Of a stretch of 32,000 nt of DNA, positions 25,275-32,000 are shown in pieces (the first letter of the stretch is position 1; each line of letters opens with the position of its first letter). Both the position numbers and the translations under genes were made by a program. Source of the DNA: Acaryochloris marina S15 (GTDB lineage Bacteria; Cyanobacteriota; Cyanobacteriia; Thermosynechococcales; Thermosynechococcaceae); NCBI RefSeq assembly GCF_018336915.1, contig NZ_CP064923.1:5670001-5702000 (forward strand). Reading direction: 5' to 3'. The notes under the pieces are model-generated. The model made no database searches. It was given only the letters and a program-made list of their open reading frames with translations, and was not told where the DNA came from.

Positions 25275-26012
25275 ATGGAACAGTGGGCTATTTTAAGCGG
25301 GATAGAAGGTAATCTTAGTGCCTATGAGGCCGTACTGGCAGATATCCGCCGACAGCGCTTTCCAGTGTCGGATTTGTATGTCTTAGGCGATTGTGTTGGC
25401 CTCAAGGGAGACAACAAGGCCGTGATCCGGCGGCTACAGTCTCCGGGGGCTGGAGAATTAGAGCCCCAAATTTGTATTGGCTGGTGGGAGGAGCAGTGCT
25501 TTAATTTATACGGGTTGGGCGGCTTGCCCGATGCGCCTGAACTGATCGAACAAGAGGGGGCTGATGCTGTTCAGCATCTTTGGGAATCGGTGTCCCGGGA
25601 ATCAGTTCAGTGGATGCGAACGCTCCACTTTGGGTTTCACGAATTGGATTGCCTGCTGATTCACGGTAGTACAGCAGGTTATGCGGATGAACTCACACCG
25701 GACACGCCCGCGATGCAACTGTGCGATCGCATAATTCAAGCCGATGCCAATCATCTCTTCTGCGGTCGCTCAGGACTCGCTTTTGAATGTTGGATTGAAC
25801 CCAAGGATCTACGCTCCACGGTCATAACCCTAGAGGGCACCCAGACTACACCGATGCAAAGTCATACGCCCCGGCGCGTCATCGGTGTCGGCAATGTTGG
25901 ACGTACATGGGGACAGGCCACCTATACCCTTTACAATCCCGCCAACAATCAAATCACCTTTAAGACCGTGAAATACACCAAGGCCAAAGGCTTTGCCTTG
26001 CAGCACTCATAA
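25275..26012 (+). CDS. Degenerate metallophosphoesterase paralogue (probable pseudoenzyme)
   Basis: Same fold pattern, but the motifs are SGIEGN (D and H lost), LGDCVG, GWWEE (N/H/D lost), IHGS and CGRSG (GHTH lost). Confidence 0.65.
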   Translation: MEQWAILSGIEGNLSAYEAVLADIRRQRFPVSDLYVLGDCVGLKGDNKAVIRRLQSPGAGELEPQICIGWWEEQCFNLYGLGGLPDAPELIEQEGADAVQHLWESVSRESVQWMRTLHFGFHELDCLLIHGSTAGYADELTPDTPAMQLCDRIIQADANHLFCGRSGLAFECWIEPKDLRSTVITLEGTQTTPMQSHTPRRVIGVGNVGRTWGQATYTLYNPANNQITFKTVKYTKAKGFALQHS

Positions 26013-26063
26013 GAGCGTTATGGAAAATCGATTCATGTGCGATCGCTTATTGCTTTGAACGCT

Positions 26064-27160
26064 TACAGATAAGCACTTAGCTAAAATTAATTACATAATC
26101 ATCGCCATAGGTTTTCAAAACTCTTTCCACATATTCGACCAAAGATGACCACCCCCAGTAGGCACTCATTTCAATCCACTGATATTTCATGAATTGCCAC
26201 AGACGCTCAATCAAATTTAGATGGGGAGAATAGCTTGGTAACTCAAACAAGGTAATTCCCCGTTCGGCCCACTCTGCCTTCATCTCATAGATTGCTTGGC
26301 TCGTATGGATAGGGGCTTGATCCATCACAATGACGGTGGGCAACTCCACGTCAGTAAAGAAGGTATCAATGCAATGACTGACAACCTCACTGGTGATGGT
26401 CTGTTCTGATGTATAAGCATGTAGCCCTTGTCGTCGACTCAAAAACCCCAGAACATTCAAGCGTTTACTTGAACGAGTCGGTATTTCCAGATAAGTCCCT
26501 ATGGGTTGCCATCCGTAGGGAATACAGGGGACTAACGAAAAACCACTCTCATCCATAAAGAATAGGTGGATGTCTCCCTTCTCTTCTTGTTTCTTGAGAT
26601 GTTCTAACTGCTGTTTTTTTCGAGGTAGTCGGCATATAAAGGCTGGCCTGATGTCCCTTGGCGAAAGCGATGCCAGCTCATATCCATCTGCTTCAAGACG
26701 CGTTTAACGGTGGCCTTTGACACGCGCACTGACCACTGCTGTTCAATCTGAGCTAGCACCCGATTGAGTTGGATGGGAGATGCCTGAGTCCACTCATAAA
26801 TCTGCTGTTGTTGGTCGGGATTAAACATCGGTTTTCGACCTCGGCCTGGGCGATTATAGAGTCCTGCAAAACCACGGTTATTCCAAGCCTTAAGCCAGTT
26901 GTACACGGTTTTAGGACTCACACTAAAAAGGGAGGCTAAGGTGTAGGGACTCACACCCTGGGCAGACAAAATGAGGCAATGGGCGCGTTGTCTGACCTGA
27001 TGATGGCGACTACAGCGATAAATCCGATGCAATAAGCGTAAGCTTTCGGTGGAGATAGGACGGACAATTGACATCAAATCAATGGATGTAAAAAAGAGGA
27101 CTCAGGTAGTTTACAACCTGGAAATTCTATGTAATTAATTTTGTCCATCTGCTTAATTTA
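26064..27160 (-). mobile_element. IS630-family insertion sequence (about 1.1 kb)
   Basis: Inverted terminal repeats: CAGATAAGCACTTAGCTAAAATTAATTACATA at 26066-26097 versus TATGTAATTAATTTTGTCCATCTGCTTAATT at 27128-27158. The inner 15 bp are perfect and the outer part is imperfect. TA is present at both junctions (26064-26065 and 27159-27160). Confidence 0.8.
26077..27077 (-). CDS. IS630-family transposase in two frames (HTH part 27077-26604, DDE part 26556-26077)
   Basis: A -1 shift on the A7 run (plus-strand T7 at 26614-26620) gives ...LEKKQQLEHLKKQEEKGDIHLFFMDESGFSLV..., a continuous transposase. Confidence 0.8.
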
Positions 27161-27163
27161 GAG

Positions 27164-28549
27164 GGCTCTCCGGTAATTAGCGTGGTGACACCCTACATAT
27201 AGTGTTTATTCCTTAGTCATCCCTATGGAATGATCTGAGGAGGTACTTCAGAACGAGAGTGTCATGGATAACTCAATTCGCATTCCCCTCAACCTTCCCG
27301 ATGTTCAAGTTCTAGAGCTATCGAAGACGGAACGAGGGGATTGGCTGATCAAAATTGAGAGTACTCTGCAAGGAACAACCTGCCACAAATGTGGACATGA
27401 GATTACTGACCTTCACTGCCATGATCAGGCTCTTCGAATTCGTCACTTGCCATTGTTCGAAGTACCAGTGTATTTAGAAATTCGGCCCAAGCGCTATCGA
27501 TGCGGGTATTGCGATGACCATCCCACAACAACTCAACGCTTAGAATGGCATGAACCTCGTAGTCCCAATACCAAAGCTTATGAGCATTGGCTTCTGCGTA
27601 TCCTGATCAACTCAACGGTCTCAGATGTTGCTAGGAAACTAGGCGTTAGTGAGGATGTCGTCAGTGGCACCATTGATCGCTGGATTGCCTGTCAAGTTGA
27701 CTGGAGCGAATATTTAGACCTCCAAGTCATCGGGATTGATGAGATTTCTCTGAAAAGAGGCCACCGTGATTTTGTAGTTTTGATCACGATTCCTACCACA
27801 GGCGGAGTAGACATATTGGCAGTTCTGGCCGACCGCAAACAACAGACCGTTGCAAATTTTCTTCAATCGATTCCCCTTCATTTACGCCAAACCATTGAGC
27901 GGGTTTGTACTGATATGTATCAAGGATTTGTCAGTGCAGTCCGTGAACAACTCCCTCAAACAAAAATTGTCATTGACCGCTTTCATGTGGCCAAAGCCTA
28001 TCGTAATGGTGCCGATACAGTTCGTAAACGGGAGGTCAAACGTCTACGCCAAGAACTCCCTAAGCAAGACTATGACAGTATCAAAGGTGCGATGTGGGCC
28101 TTTCGAAAACGGCCTGAGAATCTCCAGGAGTCAGAACAACAGTTGCTTGAGCGAGTGTTTGCTTATTCTCCTGAGATGAAGCAGGCCTACAAACTCCGAG
28201 AGGAATTGACACAGATATTTGAGGGTAGGTACACCAAAAACGGAGCTAAATGTGCCATCCGGGCTTGGTGTAAACGAGTCCTCAAAAGTGACATCAAGGA
28301 TTTTGAGAGTTTCCTGACCACTGTCAACAATTGGATGGATGAGATGACCAACTATTTTCTGGAGGGATGGACCAGTGGCTTTGTCGAAGGATTTAACAAC
28401 CGAGTTAAGGTCCTAAAAAGACGATGCTACGGTATTTTCGATATTGAAAGGCTCTTCCAAAGAATTTCGCTTGACCTCAATGGGTATCAGACTTTTGCCT
28501 TGACCTAAACACTATATCTAGCGGCTATCACGCTAATTCCCAGAGAGCC
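27164..28549 (+). mobile_element. ISL3-family insertion sequence (1386 bp)
   Basis: Imperfect terminal inverted repeats of about 42 bp (GGCTCTCCGGTAATTAGCGTG... at 27164 and ...CACGCTAATTCCCAGAGAGCC ending at 28549). Perfect 8-bp target duplication ATTTAGAG at 27156-27163 and 28550-28557. Confidence 0.9.
27264..28508 (+). CDS. ISL3-family transposase
   Basis: Zn-finger CHKCGH...CGYC, IGIDEISLKRGHRDFVVLIT and DRFHVAK. 414 aa and intact. Confidence 0.9.
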   Translation: MDNSIRIPLNLPDVQVLELSKTERGDWLIKIESTLQGTTCHKCGHEITDLHCHDQALRIRHLPLFEVPVYLEIRPKRYRCGYCDDHPTTTQRLEWHEPRSPNTKAYEHWLLRILINSTVSDVARKLGVSEDVVSGTIDRWIACQVDWSEYLDLQVIGIDEISLKRGHRDFVVLITIPTTGGVDILAVLADRKQQTVANFLQSIPLHLRQTIERVCTDMYQGFVSAVREQLPQTKIVIDRFHVAKAYRNGADTVRKREVKRLRQELPKQDYDSIKGAMWAFRKRPENLQESEQQLLERVFAYSPEMKQAYKLREELTQIFEGRYTKNGAKCAIRAWCKRVLKSDIKDFESFLTTVNNWMDEMTNYFLEGWTSGFVEGFNNRVKVLKRRCYGIFDIERLFQRISLDLNGYQTFALT

Positions 28550-28551
28550 AT

Positions 28552-28776
28552 TTAGAGATTACTGGGGGTAGTAGCAGTCGATTCTTCACGGCTAGACCTT
28601 TCATCATCACCGCTTTGGCACATCAGATTGTTCTCTGCCGGATTGTATAGTGGCCGACTGGCATCGGCTTGTTCCCTTCGCAGGCGTTCAGTTAGCCCAG
28701 CGATTGTACCGCCGGATTCCTCAAGCAGTTGCCTGCGTACAGCATGTAACTCATCAAGAATGGGGTTCTTCATCAT
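28552..28776 (-). CDS. Small protein downstream of the PIN gene (possible cognate antitoxin or partner)
   Basis: ATG-ATG at 28771-28776 preceded by GGAG. MMKNPILDELHAVRRQLLEESGG.... Starts 37 nt after the PIN stop. The stop codon lies inside the ISL3 target duplication. Confidence 0.45.
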   Translation of the reverse strand: MMKNPILDELHAVRRQLLEESGGTIAGLTERLRREQADASRPLYNPAENNLMCQSGDDERSSREESTATTPSNL

Positions 28777-28813
28777 CAGAGTCTCCAAGAAATTCGGCTG
28801 GGGTACAAATCAG

Positions 28814-29239
28814 CTACCCTTGCTCCTCTAGAAGGCGATAGACACGCGGCAACTCATGGGCATTCGCAATGTGTTTGCAATTTTGGGTGAGCAAGTAGTT
28901 TACTCCCGCTATTGCAGCAGCAGCAACATGCACAGCATCAGCCCCTGCGCTCTGAGGCATCAAGTGTTTAGCAAGTATTAGATTCGCCAGAGAATCCACT
29001 TCTGGATCAAGGGCTACAAGAGGAATGCCATCAAGTAACTTTAGCCTTTCTGCAGCGGCATTGGGATCACCCGCCGATGCTTCGGTAATGACAAGTTGCG
29101 ACGTAACGAGATGGAATTTTGAGGACTCGGTTGCCCACCACTGGCGAGCTTGATGCTGCAAAGCTGCCGCAGCGATGTCTAGACTCGGCCAAGCAGTCGC
29201 ATGACTGACGATTGACGTCTCAACGTAAACGGTGTCCAT
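28814..29239 (-). CDS. PIN-domain protein (VapC-like)
   Basis: The pattern VYVETSIV...LVITEAS...DAVHVAAAAIAGVNYLLTQNCKHI resembles the PIN acidic quartet, with E and N substitutions. Confidence 0.7.
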   Translation of the reverse strand: MDTVYVETSIVSHATAWPSLDIAAAALQHQARQWWATESSKFHLVTSQLVITEASAGDPNAAAERLKLLDGIPLVALDPEVDSLANLILAKHLMPQSAGADAVHVAAAAIAGVNYLLTQNCKHIANAHELPRVYRLLEEQG

Positions 29240-29412
29240 AACACCATCTTATCGAATGCCGAGTTGCGACAACCGAACGACCCAGATAACGGTTACAATC
29301 ACCGGCGCGAGCACGAACTGCAAAAAAAGTAAGTAGTAGTGTTTGCCAAGCGTCCGTGTGCATTTTGAGGTTAGACATTGACAACAACAGTACTGTGCTC
29401 TTGCAGCACAAC

Positions 29413-29757
29413 TTAATCAACAAATAAATTATCGATCCGTACATGTATGTTTCCATCGATAGGATAGTTGATATAGGGGTTTGCCAAGCAGAATATAGCT
29501 TCGTTTACAGCACCTTCGAACCCAAGCTCATAGCCAATATCGTCACGCCCCTCAATCCTGTTTGCCCAATCTCGAACTTGTTCAGCCGTCAAGCGTTTTT
29601 CCCGAAATGCAGCAAGAACAGTGCATATGTGAGCTTTTGTTATAGTGACCAACTCTTTGTCACAATCCCAAGGATATTCCTTTAGCTCACTTAGTACTGA
29701 AGGATCAGGTAGTGGATTGTCAACAATTTCAGCTAATAGCGATTCACGACTTCTCAT
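29413..29757 (-). CDS. Hypothetical protein (114 aa)
   Basis: ATG at 29755-29757 with a clean ORF. I do not recognise a family. A triple repeat lies upstream. Confidence 0.5.
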   Translation of the reverse strand: MRSRESLLAEIVDNPLPDPSVLSELKEYPWDCDKELVTITKAHICTVLAAFREKRLTAEQVRDWANRIEGRDDIGYELGFEGAVNEAIFCLANPYINYPIDGNIHVRIDNLFVD

Positions 29758-29814
29758 TATCAGCTCAGAGTTTGGAATCTAGGAAGTCTAACTACAATTA
29801 TACGGATAGCGACT

Positions 29815-29918
29815 GATAACTCCGATTTTGAGGGTATTATCTGCCAACTACCGTATAAATCCGAGATAGGGACATTATCAAGTCAGCACTGAATAACTCC
29901 GACTCTAGGGGTATTATC
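29815..29918. repeat. Three copies of a roughly 26-nt motif (ATAAnTCCGA-N5/6-GGGnATTATC) at 38-39 bp spacing
   Basis: GATAACTCCGATTTTGAGGGTATTATC at 29815-29841, ATAAATCCGAGATAGGGACATTATC at 29855-29879 and AATAACTCCGACTCTAGGGGTATTATC at 29892-29918. Confidence 0.5.
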
Positions 29919-30285
29919 CAGTAGTTTGCTGTAACTAGGAAGCTCTGTTCAGAGATCCTAAGAACGACAAGCCCTATTCCATAAGGCTTTTAGGTTTTCT
30001 ATATCCATGTCCGATTGCCTAAATGCTTTGCTTAGATCCGTGCCGCTTTTCGACTCAAGCACTATCGTTCTAAGAGCGAAAAGTCTTACTTTCACGACAT
30101 TAAAGACTTTTGCGATATCACGGTATGCGTCCACCCGATAAAAATAGTTAGATGTCTTGGAGACATGGATTCGAGAGCAGAAATGGAGGGCACAGGTTTT
30201 GCGACTGAGCATATCCCGAGGTTGGAGGAGTTGACTTTGAAAACCTCTGAAGGCCCTCACCCCCAAATATTAAATACGACCTTTT

Positions 30286-30317
30286 GCGATGGTCTCCGAC
30301 CGACCTTCGGCCATCGC
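30286..30317. repeat. 32-nt palindromic dispersed element, copy 2
   Basis: GCGATGGTCTCCGACCGACCTTCGGCCATCGC, with one mismatch to 17920-17951. TTTGCGATGG is shared on the 5' flank. Confidence 0.7.
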
Positions 30318-30418
30318 AAACCCACCAACTCCCCCCCATTTATTACAGATATAAATCTCTCGATGCTTCGTAAGTGATAAAATGTGTATTAAATAGTATA
30401 AATATACACAAAACCGCA

Positions 30419-30613
30419 ATGCGCACTAACATTGTGATTGATGACCAACTCATGGCAGACGCCCTCAAAGCCACTGGACTCAAAACCAAGAAAGAAGCTG
30501 TTGAGCTTGGACTTAAGTTACTGGTTAAACGCAACCAACAACGGGACATTCGTAACCTCCGAGGCCAACTCAACTGGGAAGGCGACCTAGATGAGATGAG
30601 GAGCAACGATTGA
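30419..30613 (+). CDS. vapB: VapB-family type II antitoxin (DUF2191 / Rv0623-like)
   Basis: MRTNIVIDDQLMADALKATGLKTKKEAVELGLKLLV is the hallmark N-terminus. The stop overlaps the vapC start. Confidence 0.8.
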   Translation: MRTNIVIDDQLMADALKATGLKTKKEAVELGLKLLVKRNQQRDIRNLRGQLNWEGDLDEMRSND

Positions 30614-31014
30614 CCCTCATTGATACCAGCGTTTGGATTGATTATTTCAATGGCAACGATATGGACGAGACCAACCAGTTAGACACCCTGCTCTATGACG
30701 GGGAAGCCACCATGGGCGACCTCATCTTTCTGGAGATACTGCAGGGTTTTCGCTCCGACCAACAGTATGAGACCGTCAGGCGAAAACTGGCCAAGCTGGA
30801 ACGATACGAACTATTTGGAGATGCGATGGTGCTGCCTTGTGCCCAGAACTACCGCACCCTCAGAAAACTTGGCATCACCATTAGAAAGACGCCTGATGTC
30901 ATCATCGCCACCTACTGCATCGAGAATTCAGTCCCCCTTCTCTTTTCAGATCGGGACTTCCGCCCGTTCGTTCAGCATTTAGGGCTTATCGACGCTGGAA
31001 CCACAGAAACATAA
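30610..31014 (+). CDS. vapC: VapC PIN-domain toxin
   Basis: LIDTSVWIDYFNG...LEILQG...DVIIATYCIENSVPLLFSDRDF. The TTG start overlaps the vapB stop (ATTGA). Confidence 0.85.
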   Translation: MTLIDTSVWIDYFNGNDMDETNQLDTLLYDGEATMGDLIFLEILQGFRSDQQYETVRRKLAKLERYELFGDAMVLPCAQNYRTLRKLGITIRKTPDVIIATYCIENSVPLLFSDRDFRPFVQHLGLIDAGTTET

Positions 31015-31169
31015 CGTCCGCGATAGCCGAGTCGCAGCAGAAAATGTTCAAGTCGTCGGTCTCATGATTCTTACTCTGGTCTGATGCATCGAAGGTTAGG
31101 AATCGCTCTCTCACAGACTACTCACGCTGCATAAAGTGTCAATACAATGTCACCGCTTGATGTAGTCAA

Positions 31170-31184
31170 TGATAATGATTATCA
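31170..31184. promoter_or_regulatory. Zur/Fur-type box, perfect TGATAATGATTATCA
   Basis: Lies 86 nt upstream of the COG0523 ATG at 31270. Confidence 0.85.
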
Positions 31185-31269
31185 TTCTAATTATGTTCCT
31201 TCACTCCCTATGCACCTATTTCAACGGTGACGCCAGAGCCAACTCACTCACCTCAGCCGGAGTTCACTC

Positions 31270-32000
31270 ATGATTCAATCCCCCACTCAACAAGCCGTAC
31301 CTCAAACCGAGCTAAAACTCCCCAAATGGGGGTTGCCCGTGACGATCATTACGGGCTTCCTCGGCAGTGGGAAGACCACATTGCTCAATCATATTCTCAA
31401 TGATTGCCAGGATCTCAAAGTCGCAGTGTTGGTCAATGAGTTTGGCGATATCGATATTGATAGCCAGCTCTTAGTGTCTGTTGAGGAAGATATGGTGCAG
31501 CTCAGCAATGGCTGTATCTGCTGCACGATCAACGACGATTTGGTGGAAGCGGTCTACAGCATTTTAGAGCGGAATGAGAAGGTGGATCACTTGGTGATCG
31601 AAACAACGGGGGTGGCCGATCCATTGCCAATCGCACTAACCTTTGCGATGCCGCCCCTGCGGAATTTAACCCAACTGGATTCCATCGTCACCCTAGTGGA
31701 TGCAGAAGCCTTCTCTCCCCAGCATTTTGAGAGTGAAGCCGCCCTCAACCAGGTGTCTTATGCCGACATTATTCTGCTCAATAAAACGGACTTAGCTGGC
31801 CCTCAACAGGTAGATGCCTTGGAAGCATGGGTTCGAGAACAGAAATGGGGTGCACGGATTTTGCGATCGCAAAACAGCAACATCCCCCTCCCCTTGATTT
31901 TAGATACAAATCTCTTTCAGCCAGAGCGCTATACCGCAGAAGCCAAAGCAATGGCTAAGACAACCCCTGATCACCCTGACCCTCACTGCCACAATCCTCA
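31270..32000 (+). CDS. COG0523 metallochaperone GTPase, 3' end outside the window
   Basis: ATG at 31270. MIQSPTQQ...GFLGSGKTTLLNHIL, GCICCTINDD, ETTG and NKTD. A His-rich stretch (PDHPDPHCHNP) begins at the window edge. It is absent from the ORF track because there is no stop in the window. Confidence 0.9.
   Translation, partial: MIQSPTQQAVPQTELKLPKWGLPVTIITGFLGSGKTTLLNHILNDCQDLKVAVLVNEFGDIDIDSQLLVSVEEDMVQLSNGCICCTINDDLVEAVYSILERNEKVDHLVIETTGVADPLPIALTFAMPPLRNLTQLDSIVTLVDAEAFSPQHFESEAALNQVSYADIILLNKTDLAGPQQVDALEAWVREQKWGARILRSQNSNIPLPLILDTNLFQPERYTAEAKAMAKTTPDHPDPHCHNP

Noticed and set aside
29220-30606. ORFs 29220-29456, 29443-29685, 29958-30266, 30148-30339, 30165-30377 and 30343-30606
   Set aside because: They have no RBS and no motifs. 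They overlap each other, the supported ORFs or the repeat elements. I treat them as non-coding spacer.

Overview
This looks like a cyanobacterial chromosome segment: the HIP1 octamer GCGATCGC recurs at 4955, 5237, 5960, 9114, 13537, 14317, 26039 and 31864. A zinc-limitation (Zur) regulon island dominates the window.

Six Fur-type 7-1-7 palindromes (consensus TGATAAT-N-ATTATCA) each sit 28-90 nt upstream of a start codon. The units they precede are:
- a COG0523 GTPase / WD40 / small Cys-rich protein operon (3104 down to 827);
- the Fur-family regulator itself (zur, 7785-7390);
- a flavoprotein (14557-13436) lying downstream of a Crp-like / WD40 / Zn-ribbon-like protein set;
- a DUF1636 protein (17700-17308);
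- a divergent pair: thrS / NTF2-like candidate iota-carbonic anhydrase / hisI / one-SSUL CcmM-like gamma-CA on the minus strand, and folE / COG0523 / degenerate COG0523 / metallophosphoesterase / pseudo-metallophosphoesterase on the plus strand;
- a further COG0523 gene running off the right edge.

Three mobile or toxin-antitoxin islets interrupt the island:
- 3150-7340: an AT-rich RusA-like gene with an iteron-like repeat array, an orphan Phd antitoxin, a ParE/RelE pair flanked by a roughly 100-bp direct repeat, and a Uma2 gene split by an ISY100-like IS630 element.
- 10543-11974: an IS4-type element with 18-bp inverted repeats and a 9-bp target duplication, splitting a feoB-like gene. The 3' tail of that gene is a decayed copy of the zur 3' end.
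- 26064-31014: an IS630 element, an ISL3 element inserted at its end with an 8-bp duplication, a PIN locus and a VapBC pair.

I saw no rRNA, tRNA or CRISPR. The candidates for undescribed biology are the two Zur-box-driven operons at 17983-26012 and the recurrent COG0523/WD40 association. All family assignments rest on motif recognition by eye and need HMM or BLAST confirmation.
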